A DNA stretch of 62,239 nucleotides, filler included. It is 10 parts of 10 records of this genome, joined end to end, with 100 filler letters (N's around TTAATTAATTAA, not from the genome) between each part and the next. Parts side by side here need not be neighbours in the genome. Positions count along the whole stretch, not along the records: positions 26,275 to 31,118 come from SRR9188676_1972; positions 31,219 to 35,754 come from SRR9188676_1974; positions 35,855 to 42,431 come from SRR9188676_1986; positions 42,532 to 45,608 come from SRR9188676_1997; 6 more parts are not named here. One strand, written 5' to 3'. Position 1 is the first letter of the stretch. Each line of letters starts with the position of its first letter. The notes beneath the pieces are model-generated. The model was not told the DNA's origin, ran no database searches, and worked only from the letters and a program-made list of their open reading frames with translations. The translations under genes and the position numbers were made by a program. Shown here one piece after another: positions 30,001-43,764 of the stretch.

Positions 30001-31707
30001 TGTTCTTTAAAGATAATACAGAGGCTTGAATTGAATAAAACTTCGCGGTAATACCAGGCAAGTCTCCTTGAATTCAATAAAACAACAGAAGCAATGGAAG
30101 TTCTTTGGGGTAGGGGGGGATTCGCTCAGAATTTCGTTAATGGAAGGCTTGTTTACTTTAGGGGGGGTAATCGAGCGTGCGGTCAGAAGTTTCACAAAAC
30201 GCAAGCAGAAACTTCTCCAGTTTTCTGCAGCTTTCGATTGCTTCTGACTTCCTCTGTGAGACCTTTTTTTTTCTTTGTTGTTCTCTTCTCGAATCCGAGA
30301 GGAAGTTAGAACCTGATTTTTTTCTTCTTGAGCGAAACCAAGCGTATTCAACCTGCCAACATCTACCTTTGTGACTTTGAGATTCTTCATTTCAACCAAG
30401 CATGATAAAACATGATAATTCTTCTATCAACTATGAACACCAGTTCCTGTCGGCATGTCCCTTTGCTGAAAATTGGACAAAAACATAGGTGTAGGTCAGC
30501 TGATGCTCTGAAGTTCAGATTAGAGATCCACCTTTCGGACTCTAGGTATCTCCTTTCGAAACTTTTCCTCCATTTTTCTGTTATATTGTTGTACTTTTCT
30601 CGCCGATCTTGGCGTTCAAGCTGCAGTCGAAGAATGATCTCTCCTAAGTTCGGTTGAGTTTGGAGAGTTCCATCTTTAGACGTAACACAGCTAGGAAGTC
30701 TATTCCCTGGGGTACTGAGTACTTTTTTCCGCTCCAAATTCTGGTCCCACAGTCCAAATACCAATTGATGAAAAACAGATCGCGAAATGTCATATACCCT
30801 TTAGGTAGACTACCTACTGGCCACGGCTCAGATACATCGTTTTGGGTGTGATTATTCAGGAGCGCTGCAGATTCGATCTTCGTGAAAAAGAATCGCATTT
30901 TGGTTGCTAAGGAGGAATGGAAGCAGGTGAATGAGACTGATGAGACGAGGATCGAGTCGAAGAATTGGTTCAGGTGAACTCGGCCGGATCGTTGAAAAGC
31001 TAAGTAATGTAGTTCAAGAAGAGTCGAAAATGCATATATCTATTAAAAAGAAACCCTGTTTCGCCAGCAGCTGGCTTCTCGTTGATTTTGGATATTCAGT
31101 GGATCTGAATCCGGTTTCNNNNNNNNNNNNNNNNNNNNNNNNNNNNNNNNNNNNNNNNNNNNTTAATTAATTAANNNNNNNNNNNNNNNNNNNNNNNNNN
31201 NNNNNNNNNNNNNNNNNNGTAATCGACGTTTTTTGGGATTCCTGATGTGCTTCTTTATTTGTTCCTTGATGATGGAGGCCCTAACGACCGCGACTCATGT
31301 AGCATCATGGGAATAAATTGGTGAAGGTGTGAAAAGTCCCAGGAGAAAAAAAAATCTAGAGAAAACAGAACCAGTAAGGTGCGGATCGTTGGATGTAACG
31401 TGATGTAGGATGACACTGTGAGTGGAAACAAAGAATCTCGTCGACGTCTTGTGAGATATTTAAAACGCAAGGAACGTCAACATGAATAACTAACTAACTA
31501 GAACATTGGAGAAACTGAGTACTTAAAAAAGAATGAAAGGGGAGAAGGATGAATTTCAAGCGATGTAAAGGGATCAGACTCATGAGTAATAAAAGATGAC
31601 AGTTACGTCCGTACGCACTTGAGTGCACTTAACAATACAAATGAACTTGTCAAGTACGTCCGTAAATGCACGGCTGCTTAGTGGGAATATGTGATGCGTT
31701 TCAAGTC

Positions 31708-32927
31708 TTAATCTGAATCGGGGAAAAGGTCCGCAGGATCTCGGGCTCCCGGTTCACTCTCATCGTCACTTCCAGAGTCAGAGGTTTTCTTCTGGAGGCG
31801 CTTCTTCTTCGCGGGAGGGTTGCTCGAACGTCGCGCGCTCTCTTCATTATCTGATCCTGATCCCATAGAGGACTTTCTTCTGCGGCCGCCTGAGATGATA
31901 TTCGTCGTGTCGATGCCCACTGCAAGAAGACAAGAAGTAAAAAAGGAAAGAATAAACACTCTGCGAATAAATGGGATTTATAAAAATCCAGAAACGAACG
32001 AGGAGGAAGGAACAGCACGAGAAGTCAAACGCAGAGAGTTTGGATGATGGTGAAAAATAAATATGATATAGGGGGTGGTATCTTCGGAATATGGATGACG
32101 AACTTAGTTCTCGTTCTTCTTCCAATCGCTTGGCAATTTTCCTGATCTGGGTCTTGGTCAATGACAGGGGATCTGCAGAGATGCCAGCCTTTTCTTGCAG
32201 GAAATCTCGCAACGCATTGATTATTTCTTTGGGGCTCTTATCTTTGTTCTTTTGCCAGAACACAGGCGAGATGGTAATGCTAGCATCTTTAGCAAAAGTC
32301 TTATATTCTTTGACCTTGGGGTTATCGTGAATTGTTGGGCCTGATGGCTTGCTTTCCACTTCCTTCTTTTCTGGTTTCTTAGTGATTACTTTCTTTTCCT
32401 TGGGCTCGCTAGTTTTCTTCACAATCTTTTCACTCTTCTCAGTCTTAGGCTTCTCTTCTAGTGCTTTCTTGTCCTTCTTCACAGGTGATGTGGATTTGAA
32501 TTCGGCATCAGAATTGTCATCGGATTGTTTCCCAGTTTCAGATTCTGCGTCTGATGCGGGAGCTTCATCTTCATCTTCTTTCGCTTTCGCAGTGTCTTCT
32601 TCTTGAAGCTCGAGGAGGAATCGTTTAATCGCTCCTTTCTCGTCATCTACGAACAAGAGCAAACAGTAGTCGATTAGTAACTGAGAGCTCAAATGATCTT
32701 CTGAACGGATGATTTGAAACTTTTATCGTTCTATACCATATGCAGTCTTACATAACTACTAAATATCTGCCAGTGGGAGTCAAAGACATGAACCTCCACC
32801 TACCTAATGAGCCCTCTTCAACACCGAGGTTGTCTTCAAGTAATTTTCGAAAGTCCTTCAGGGAGAGGTTATCGCGTGTTTTATTCGCTTCGAATACTAC
32901 TCGAACATCATCTTTTGTAATCGTCAT
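31708..32927 (-). CDS. HIRIP3-like histone chaperone (DEK-C-like N-terminus, CHZ motif), 3 exons
   Basis: Exons 32927-32804, 32646-32104, 31919-31708; LSLKDFRKLLEDNLG and spliced ELMGIDTTNIISGGRRRK. Confidence 0.7.
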
Positions 32928-33084
32928 TATCAATGAAAATTGAGAAAAATGAACCAGGAAAGAAAAATGGCGCGAAAGGGGCAAGAGAACGTAAATTCGC
33001 TGTACACATCAGGGAAAAGTTAAAAGGTTAAAAAGTGACATCAGGTCTACTTGTGGGTGTGATTTCACATCTTGCTCGCAGATC

Positions 33085-35102
33085 ATGCTGTTTAAGGTCA
33101 AACTGAATCATTCTCATGCATTTCCGAAGAAAATCCTCATCTATTACTTCCATAGATGAACCGTATATCATCTCTTCTTTGTCGACGCTTTGCAACTGCG
33201 ACTGCATCCAACATCAAAGTGACCAGGGATCCTCGCTTCAGTCATGTCCGTTTATAGCGATCATACATCAAACACTCTTGATTCATATATCATTTACTTA
33301 GGTCACCGATCGTGATGTGGACTTTTTCAAGTCAGTCTGTGGTGAGACTGCCGTAATTACCGACCCGCATGAGCTCAAGGTTTTGGACAGATTTTCATCC
33401 ACATCTTCATCCGACTGACGATATACTTATATCATTGACAGACATACAATGAAGATTGGACGCATCAGTATGTAGGCAACACCCGACTTGCTGTTCGCCC
33501 TGCCTCTACAGAACAGGTCTCGGAGGTACTCAAGTATTGTAATACGACAAAGTAAGATCATTTCATGAGATCGGTAGGCCTATCATTGATAGATGATCTT
33601 TGCTTGATATTTGTTAGACTTGCTGTTGTTCCTCAAGGCGGGAATACGGGACTGGTAGGTGGCAGTGTGCCTGTGTTCGATGAGATTGTGCTTAGTATGG
33701 GCCGGATGGATAAAATCCTGGATTTCGATCAAGTTTCTGGTACCATTACTTGCCAAGCTGGATGCATTCTTGAGGTAATATCTCCAGTCAATTCTGTCGG
33801 AATCTATTGGGACCCCTAACCCTCCCACTGACTATTTGTTTTTCTCGATAGAAATTGGACAGCTACTGTGACGAACGAGGATATATGATGCCTATTGATC
33901 TTGGTGCGAAAGGATCATGTCAAATCGGTGGAAATCTGGCTACGAATGCTGGAGGTTTGCGCTTAATCAGATACGGGTCTCTGCATGGCAATGTACGTCC
34001 CATTAGATTTTGTAAGGGAGGGAGGGGAAAAAAGGGGGGAGAGGGAGGGATGAGAGGAAAGAGAGATAGAATCATGAGAGAGAAAATTGTGAGCCCATTA
34101 TATACGATCTTAATCCTCTCAATACCATGATTCTCCTTGATCAGTGGCTCGATTCAGCCTACAGCGATGTCGATGCGATTAGCTCCTGGCTCTGACTACT
34201 ATCTGCCCATTCATCGTAGCTTCGTGATTAGACACAATTGTCTTACATTTGTTCCACGTTTTCAGTTTGCATACCTTTCGGATACGAACTGATCCCTGAA
34301 CATTCACCTCTTTCATGTCGCATGACTCGAAGCCGCTTTTCACCGACAACCGCACTCTGGTCCCCTGATTCTCTGATCTTGCTTGCGTTGTATTGTGTAT
34401 GATGCTCGCTTAATGGTGTTCCCTGTGCTGTTTTCCTCCAGTAGAAAAAAAACATTACATCTTCGGGAATTCACGTTTATCCTTGCTTTTACACTTATCA
34501 TGCACTGCGTGTGCAGACACTTGGTCTGGAGGCAGTGCTGGCGGACGGCACGGTGCTCAACACCATGTCCACACTGCGCAAGGACAACACGGGCTACGAC
34601 CTGAAGCAGCTGTTCATCGGGTCCGAGGGCACCCTCGGGGTCATCACCGCATGCAACATTCTGCTCCCTCGCAAGCCACGCTCAGTCAAGGTATGCGATA
34701 CACATGCGAAAGAAAAGGCTATATGCTCGCAAATGTCCTAATAATATGTTCGTGGAGACTGAAATGGTTTTACTTCCCGTTGAATGTGATGCGGGAATCG
34801 TATTGGATTTCATCAATTTGGCCATTTGGTCGTCATTATGAGTTCAAGATGTGAAGAATGTCGAAGATGCAGTCGGGAATAAATCTAAATCGACGAACAA
34901 GTTCAGATATGAATACATCCTAACAAAAATGACAGCTCGAATCGATGCACAGCTATGATGATTTTAATATGCTTTCCTCGGTGGTTTTTAACTTTTGGAT
35001 CCTTCTATTTTCTCATTTCCTTACGTTGTTCATGATGTTCAGGTTGCTTTCCTGGCCTTGGATTCCTTCGAGGCTGTTCGTGCCACTCTGGCAACTGCAA
35101 AG
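33085..35102 (+). CDS. D2HGDH: D-2-hydroxyglutarate dehydrogenase (FAD-linked), mitochondrial, multi-exon, 3' truncated
   Basis: Presequence-like [76 protein letters not shown]. Confidence 0.92.
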
Positions 35103-36037
35103 GTACTTTCTAGAGCTTTGAACAAGCATCTGGCTATGATATGACTCGACTGCTGTTGTGTTGTGAGCTGGATCACTTTGACTGATTCCTCACGACATTA
35201 TTCGCAACATGAATCGTGCGAGAGAGGAAAAACCCATGTCACTCGTACCTCGTACCACGAAAAATGTCTGACAACTTCCTTCGCCTTTCTGAAACGATTA
35301 TTGTTTTTTTTTATGCAAGGGATTAATTTCTCCATTACGTTTAGATTTGGGGAAGGAGTCGAAGCCGTTTGGGTACAATGATTGACCGGATTCGGGACGA
35401 AATATCTGAAAAGCCCCCCATTTTGGTCATTGTCGAACCTCATAATTTCCCAGTGAATGTCATTAGACGAGCCCGTTTCTGTCCCAGCAATAGCTCTACG
35501 AGTAGAGCTATATCATAAGAATCTGGAACACTTCAAATTTATAATAGTTAGTTATTGCTGATACTTGATTTTTAACGAAGAGCCTTTCACAGACATAAAA
35601 AATAATCACATTCACAGAGATTTTCAAGAGCGTTTTATTTTCCAAAATCTGAATCTGAGCAGATTTTTTCTCTACCAGATGTGGAAGAATCCGAGTATTT
35701 TTCGTGGAATTTCATCGAAGAATATTTGTGGATGTGGATGTGGATGTGGATGTGNNNNNNNNNNNNNNNNNNNNNNNNNNNNNNNNNNNNNNNNNNNNTT
35801 AATTAATTAANNNNNNNNNNNNNNNNNNNNNNNNNNNNNNNNNNNNNNNNNNNNATCAGTATATTCTATCCATTATGAGTTTATGTATTGATATATAGGC
35901 TCAGAAATCACAGCAAAGTTAAATCATGAAAAAAGGCATCCCTTATGAACGTCACTTCAGAAAAAACTCGAAATCTCTCCGATCGCAGCACATTCCCCCG
36001 CCGATGACGTCATCAGTGCACTATCCATTCGAACACG

Positions 36038-37128
36038 TTATCCAATTCGATTGGAATTCAAACATTGTAAAAGGGAAAAGGCTGTGTGAAACTACGCAAG
36101 GAAGGTGATCAGTTCCAGAAGAGAAACTGGAGATGTACCTGAGGTGGAAGTTCGGCCATAATTTCTGCAATAATTTTATGGAACTGATGGGCCATACGGC
36201 AGGGATGTAAGTGATTCTCTGCTGCGATATAATGGATCACTGTGATGTCTTCAATCTCTGTCGAGTTTGAAAGTTTGGCGATCACATCGTCGCAGTTCTT
36301 CATCAGCTGGACAGAAAGAACAAATCAGAATATCAGAATATCAGAGACAACTGAGAATTCAGCATGATAGAGCGGGAGAATATTTCATATGTGGATACAG
36401 CTTGTTGCCGCAAGCTTCCTTCCCAGATATCCCGAAGAGATATCAATAGAATCCAAGAAGAGTGCCAGGATGAGCTTCTGAAAAACATACTTCTTCAGTT
36501 CTAGCGACATTTTTGAGCACCACGTATTATAAAGGATATACAGCAACAAGTAGAAGAATGGAATTCTTTTTGGACGTACATCATCAACAAATGTGACAGT
36601 CCGGCTGGGGAAAAGCTTGAGATATTCCAGGATGGCATCACCTTTTGGGGTTTCGTGAGCATAAATAATCCCATTCTTATGAGGTACAGGGTATTGAGGC
36701 GCATCAATGTTCGTCAAATGAAGTCCGAAAGATTCGAGTCTCGGTGCGACACACAGATCACGAGAATTATGCATACACCGCACTGTGAGTCCATGTACAC
36801 GACATTTCTTCGTGTTTTTTAGCTGGTCTACCACTTTACGTGTCATATCACCTTCGACCAGTCTCACAGGAGATGCGTAATACATTGCTTCCATCCGTTT
36901 GGTCACACTATCATACATCGTCTTGTGCATGACTTTTTCAAGTTTCTTGAGGAACTCATCTGTCTTGGTCTTCCCATAAATGAAGTGAGTGCCTGCAGGC
37001 ATAATCAATGTCTCATCAACATCGAAAAACACAACACTCTCATTCCCAATAAGAGAAGGAAGAAACTCAATGTTGGAAAGAGTCAAGAGCCTTAGCTTTT
37101 GCGGATGTATATTGCGAATGTGCGCCAT
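36038..37128 (-). CDS. DUF2608-like HAD-superfamily protein, spliced
   Basis: Exons 37128-36580, 36306-36139 and probably 36091-36038; motif I FFDVDETL, GLT, NGIIY...KG, motif IV FVDD|LMKN. Confidence 0.7.
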
Positions 37129-37524
37129 TCTCCAAATCGTCAATGAAGATTCGCAACTATTCGCAAGAAGGAAAAAAAATCACTGCGCCCGCCTCAGATT
37201 TCTAAAAATAATAAACCTTGTGGAGCTGAGATTTTTTGGCATCAGCTTTGCATCAGCTGCATCAGTGACATTGGAGTCGCATATAATGCGTGGTACTCAA
37301 AGACTCGCGAGAGTTAAAGAGCTGAAGGGTTCGGTTTTTCCAGAGCGTTGTGTGTGGAGAGCGTTATCATCTGCGATGATGATCATCATGCGTTCCAGTG
37401 AGAGAGATATTAGCCCAAAGTATGCGGCGACAAGTTCGATGATCCATCGAGTGGGAAAGAGAACAAGAATAATCCATGAGGGGCGCTCGGAAGAAGTCCC
37501 AACAAAAATGGATTTATTTACGAT

Positions 37525-40253
37525 TCAGTCCTCGAGGGCAGGCATGTCATCAAAGCTTTCAGGCTCAGGTTCTTTCGAGTGATCCTGGGCAGCCAACTTC
37601 TCGTTTTCCTTCTCCATCTTGGTCATCACTTTGTTATATAGCTGCTTTTGTTGGTTCCGGTAGTCGCGTTCATAAATGCTAATTTGTTTGTCCAGGGCTG
37701 TCAGCTCTTGGAGCGCACCACGAATCAGACTGTATTCAACACAGAATGACAAAGAATATTAGAATTGCAAATTATTCATAGCAAAAGCAGCCCCAAACGA
37801 CAGAAGAAGGGAGAGGGGAAAATGGGTAGGGATGATCCGACTGAGATTCAAATGAAAAATAAAATGCATGGCAGGGTGAAAAGATGGGAGTAAAAGGACA
37901 ACAGATCGAAACTCCGATCAGATGCAGTTCAAAGTTCAACCCTCATCAAACCATTTCAGAAAATGCGCTATTTATCCACAATCCTCCAAAGAACTGAAAG
38001 ACAGGTGCATTTCGGGGATGAACACGCCAATGGTGAGAAAATGATTGTACCTGTCGGTGGGACATTTCGCCAAAGCAGCCATGAAATCATCCCTCGCCTT
38101 CCTTGCAACGCCTCGAGTTGTTTCGACATCCCAGTACAGGCCGGCTGCCTCTTTTCCGACTTCATGCTTGACTTTGCCCATATAACTGTATCAGCAGGAG
38201 AGAAGGGCCAAAAAGATGCGAACAATTTTTTCTTAGGAGAGCGTGACTCTAACCATCTGACCACAAAATCCCGGAATTTGATAAAGAGCCATCAAATAAT
38301 GAACCGGTTGCCGAAAACTCGAGGGGAAGTATTGGCCGAGGCGCGGAGTGACTGACACAATAAAATTTTTTTTGACGATTTTGCAAAAATTCTTCAAAAG
38401 GAGTCCAGAACAACAACAACTCCTTGCTAACACAAAAGGACCGCGAAAAAAAGAACATCTTCCGCAATTTTCGAGGAATCCGTTTTTGGGCAGATCCTCC
38501 CCACCCAACCAAGATTCCCCCGAATTTTCGGGAGTCTCAAACCAAACAACTATAAGAGGTCATGCTACGACATAATTATTTCGCAGAGTTCAAATCTCAA
38601 GGACCGATTTGTGACAGGTGCGAAAGCATCGCTCCAAATCGCGCTGCAGTGGTCGCTTCCTGCACATCGAACGTGCAAAACTGTAGGAGGTAGATGCGGG
38701 TCATTTTCATCTCGCATTTCAATTTTGGTCCAGTTTATTTTGGGCAGTATTGAACCCCACAGATAAAATTCTCGCACAGTGCAGGCTGAAGCAGTGCCCA
38801 GTTTTCGTGATCGATGGAAGTATTCGCTCTGTATTCTGTTACCCGTAAACATTGCTCTCTCCTCTCTCTCCTCTCTTCCTCTCGCTCGGTGCAACCGCAA
38901 TGAGAGACCCAAGTGGAAGCTGAGCTGATTAATAAGGAAACCCTGACTGAAGGCAGAATTTTCTACCGAATATTTGGAAAGAAAAGGAGATGTACAGGAA
39001 CTAGTGTTAAAACAATATCCATTTCACAAATTGTACCGATAGAGCCATTTATCCGAGTGAAGAATATCCGCCCAATATATTGCCATTTGCACTTACCAGA
39101 GACCTCTGCGATAATGACCCTTGGGGTTGCCAGGATCCAGCTCAAGCGCCTGACCAGCATCCCAAAGAGCCTGGGGATGGAAATGAGTCATGAGTCTCTA
39201 AGAAGACGTGGGACCATGAAATGCGAATGAAAGAACTCAAAAAACAATACCTCTTCAAATTGTCCTTCTTTTAGCTTACAAATAGCACGATTCAAATGGC
39301 AGGGAAGCTTCATGGAGTTCAAAACTTGCTTCTCTTCATCGGTTAGAATATATTCCCACTCATCTCGGCCCCTGAAAATGCAAACAAATGCTTTGTCATA
39401 TTGCTTGTGTGCTTCTGCATATTTCCCTTCCTTGAACAGCTGATTTCCAAGATCCTTCTCCTTCAGTGCATTTTGCACCTGCAAATCACAAATTTTGAAT
39501 GAGCAAACGGAGGGAAAGAAAAGAGAGATGTTAAATACCTGTTGCTGTGGAGTCGGGTAGGTATCAGCATACTCTTTCCATTTTTTCTCACTTTCTTCAC
39601 GGGATTTTTGGAGCTGAGATGGAAAAGAAATAGTTCAGCCAAAGAGATAATAAGATTTTGGAATGCACCTATTTTACCTCCTCTTCTGAAGGGAAAGGAG
39701 GAAGCTCCTCACGCTCTCCAATACTTAAAAGTTCGACCTCAAAGACTAAGGTCTCATCAGGTCCAATAAGATCACCATGCCCAAACTTGCCATAACCATA
39801 CTCTGGACGGATGGTCAATCTAGAGAGTTCGCCGACTCTCATGGTCAATAGACCTTCATCCCAGCCAGTAATCACACGGCCTAGTATGCACAAAATGCTA
39901 TTATCTAAGTACAAAAGAACAGGAAGAGCCACAAGTATCGCGGAGGCGCACCTCGGCCAACGATGAAGCTGAACTCTTGGTCTCGATCACGACTCGAATC
40001 AAAAAGAATTCCATCCAAAGTTTTCCCAATATAATGAACTGCGTGCCACAAAGTCAGAAACAATGGCGAATGAAATTGCGCATCAAGACAGACCCGACAC
40101 GGTGCATCCCCGAAGGGGCCTCGATCCATAGCCCACTCTCAAAATCTCCTTTTGAATCCCCCCATTGCCAAGGATGTCGACTACATCACCAACATGCTCT
40201 CCAGCAGAAGAGGCTGAACTATCATCAGACTCAGCATCGCTTTCGTGTGCCAT
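37525..40253 (-). CDS. FKBP-type PPIase with TPR domain (Hsp90 co-chaperone type), 8 exons
   Basis: Exons 40253-40094, 40038-39952, 39880-39678, 39613-39539, 39478-39251, 39170-39097, 38185-38051, 37729-37525 join in frame; VHYIG, FDSSRDR, VITGWDEG, PEYGYG; TPR KDLGNQLFK, LNRAICKLK, KGHYRRG. Confidence 0.92.
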
Positions 40254-40382
40254 CTTTCGGGAAAAAAAGCAAAATCTGATCTCACATCAATCATCTCCAG
40301 AAAAGCAACGGATTTCACAACGACAGTGAATATGCCGTGTGCCGCCAACTCTCTGGGCACAACACTTTCTTAATTCTCAAAC

Positions 40383-42359
40383 ATGCATCAACATCATGAG
40401 TATGTGCTTCCTTCTTTTATCTCCCAATTTGAGGATTGGTCTCCATTGTTGTGCTGTATTTTGAGATCGAACATCTCTCTTCCAGACATCACCACAACAC
40501 TGGATATTCCACAAGTCGAAGCTATAACGATGCGGATGACCCTTTTCATCCCTCAGGAAGGGAATGCGAAAACTTTCGATTGAGGACGATTGGATATGAA
40601 GATTCCATCTTTACTCGACGATTTCCTGCTCTGCGTGAATCAGGTCATGAAACCATGAGTATGATTCTTTCGACATCTCAGCAACTCAAATTACTTAAAA
40701 GTGCTCCAAGGTCTGTCTATTTTGGTTCCGATCGTCTCGACTCTCTCATCCTGATCCTCATGTACACATCTAGTCATCCTGAAGTGGTTCCTGCTGATGG
40801 CCCCTGGAATCGACTTTCTGCGCCTCATGGGTAACGATTTTTATTTATTTATTTTGCTGAAGTGAAGAATCTCATTCTTTCGAAACGGTTTTCTTTGTCA
40901 GACCACTCCTCACTGCCAATAAAATCCTAGCCCAAAGAGTATGTTCTTCTTTTTCAATATTCATGCTTCCTGGTCAGAAAGTGATTAATATTCTATCTAT
41001 TATAGAGTCCTCGTGAAGTGGTCCGTCGAGTAAGATCACCACCAAAAACACACCCCGGACAACCCAAGAGCCCCTCATCCCCTGGAAAACGGGGAGGTTT
41101 GATTCAACCTGAAACGTCAAGATTCAGCTTTTCATCTCGAAACTTGGAGGTATATCTACAGCTCTTTTCAGATATCTTCTTTATCTTTTGCGACTGATTC
41201 ATTGGAATTCCCCTCACAGCCTGCACCTCGATTCGCTCCCTGCAATCCATTCGAAGCCAAGGATTCCATCAAGAATTCCGGTCATAATTACCTGAATGAA
41301 TGTTGTCCATATGACTCTGCCCGAAGGGTACGTTTGTTGAAAGTAGGGGAAAAAATTAAAAAGCACGGAGACCGTTGTCGCATTTTTTTTTTTTCATTAT
41401 TCTAATTCATATTTTGTCGGGTTCACATGATTTCGTCTCCCTACATTTCTCCTTTGTCTTGATATTTTTGCTTGATAATTTTATCTTTTTTCCATTTTTC
41501 AGCAATATTTGTACGATCAAAAATCGTCCAAAGCGAAAATGGTGGGAGGTGCTTTCTATCCTAACGCCCCAACGGAAGCGAAGGAATCCATTAGGTAAGT
41601 ATTTCAATCCAATTGACGGACTAATCATTCTCTAATTATTCATGTCAAGCTCATTTATTGTCCTTCTGAACCCCCCACTCATTCTCTCGTGACAAATATT
41701 TCATAGGTGTAAACTCCTTCACCACTCTCCTGTATTGTCACTCTCTGCTATTTCCTCCCCCTCTCGCAATACTTTCTCCGATTACTCACTCCAATCCAAC
41801 GACTCTCCATTCATTAGATCTCTTCCAAACTGGGAAATCCTTCCCTTTTCTCTTTTGTCAAGCGAGAGGGTAACTAGATGTAACTAGAAAGGAAGGTTGA
41901 CAAATATTTTTCCCAGGATTCTTTTCTCAGCTTGTAAGCGCTGTCTATCCATTATTCATCGTCTCTATACTCTACTCTACCCTTCCCCTACCACCCTCCT
42001 CCTACAGCGTGAAATATTATCTAAATTCTCAAGACGAGGCCGCGCGCAAAATGAGAGAATTGCACCAAAAGCGATACGGTACAGCCCCCTCAGTATACAC
42101 ACAAGACTCGTATGGCTTCCGGTCATCCAGGACCTCCCGCACGTCTCACAACTCCCCACCACATTTCCAGCACACGTCATCGTCCTTGCACTCCCCGACC
42201 TCGCAGTCTCGGTCCCCCCCACCCATGTCCTCACAGTCACATTCCTCCTCCAGAGACTATTCCCCATATTCCACACAACCTTCAACGGTCTCCAGCCCGA
42301 AAGGCACCATGCTTTCCCCTCAGCAACAGTACAAATCCCAGCTCTCTGGGGCACAATGA
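40383..42359 (+). CDS. Hypothetical multi-exon protein with Ser-rich C-terminus
   Basis: First and last exons join in frame via GT-AG (e.g. ...CPYDSARR|QYLYDQKSSKAK...ESIS|VKYYLNSQDE...); middle exons unresolved; no family recognised. Confidence 0.55.
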
Positions 42360-42543
42360 CACTGGACTTGGACTTATTTTCCCCATTATGAGCTTATTTA
42401 TTTTTATGCAATGATTTTGGTAATTATGAGCNNNNNNNNNNNNNNNNNNNNNNNNNNNNNNNNNNNNNNNNNNNNTTAATTAATTAANNNNNNNNNNNNN
42501 NNNNNNNNNNNNNNNNNNNNNNNNNNNNNNNGTGGCTTTACTC

Positions 42544-43764
42544 ACCATTCCAGTAGGCACATGTATATACAACATTGTTGATCTATCGTGCTGAGCAGAT
42601 ATGTCTTTGTTCTGTTTCATTTTTTCATTTTTCGCCAGAACAAACGTGTAAGAAATCAGTGACTTCATGTGCCACTAACTTCGGATGCGGTTTGTGACAA
42701 AGATTGTGAATGTTATACCCCAAAGAGTGGCTCGACTCGTCTTTCATGGATGACGGTAATTTTCATCATGTTCACTTCAATGAAAACATTCTAATTGCCG
42801 AGCACTGATCAATAATACGCAAAAATCATCCAGTTCCCTGACAAATTACTCGTCATATACGCATCATACCATAAACATAAGCGATTCAGGAGAAGCTTAA
42901 TTGCGGTCACTCAGGAACTAAGAGAATGAGGAAACCGATAGGCCCAAACGATGAATACCTTCTTAGTTTTCCTTTGGCGGCTCGGTGATACAGCTTCTGT
43001 TGGTTTGCTGATAGAAACCACGTGAGGCTCAGGAGTCGCAGAGACTGGAAGATTCTCAGTCTGTATTCAACAAAAAGCACAAGAAGGTGAGTCAAGATCC
43101 GAATGGGGAGCAATATTGTGACATGGAAAAACAAGCTTGGAATTGTTCTGCGCTTTAGCACAAAAAGAAAGAAAGAAATAGAGGCGTAAGTATAGGATCT
43201 TAACGGTCTTGCAAGAAAAGTAAGAGAGGAGAGAGGGGATTGGGCTCGAATGCAGCCCTCACTATCATTCTGTGCTTCAACATAAGAAAAAGGAAATAGA
43301 CACTTAGGAATATCATTCAGAAAGTTTGCATGAGTTAGGCAAGCAAAAAGTAAGAGAGTGAAAGAGCGATCGCATGGGGCGGGAAGGATACCTGTGTTAG
43401 TAATGGCGAAATATTCTCCATTAGGATATCTAGCACAGTAAATATGCTTGAAAAGGGCAGGGAAAGCGTTGAAGATTAGGGAATGGTGCCGTAGAGCGCT
43501 CGGTGTACGAGATGGGGGAGCGGGGGATGTTGCTCAAGTGAGGAGGCTAGAGAAAGCATTAAAAAAAGAATCAGCAGACTACTAGCGCGAGATATGGATA
43601 AATTACGGGTAATACTTCGAAATATAAGGCGAGAATAGCATAAATGATGGTGTTGAAACAGTGTTGGAATGCTACAGACCGTATACAAAAATACCCGGGG
43701 TAATAGACAGATTCTCACAAAGAGGAATTCAAATTCCTACCCCGGAAGAGCGTCCATGCGCCAT
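42544..43764 (-). CDS. Possible fragmentary gene of short exons, unresolved
   Basis: Several short segments bounded by AG/GT (e.g. YPNGEYFAITNT, NQQKLYHRAAKGKLR); no consistent model or homology. Confidence 0.25.

Noticed and set aside
30387..30898. Possible minus-strand exons upstream of Ras
   Set aside because: No consistent splice model or homology could be built
35727..35754. Simple repeats at contig ends: (TGTGGA)n here, poly-A at 26275, (TCTT)n at 51850, (TCAAA)n at 58062
   Set aside because: Ordinary microsatellites where the assembly broke; units differ, so not telomeres
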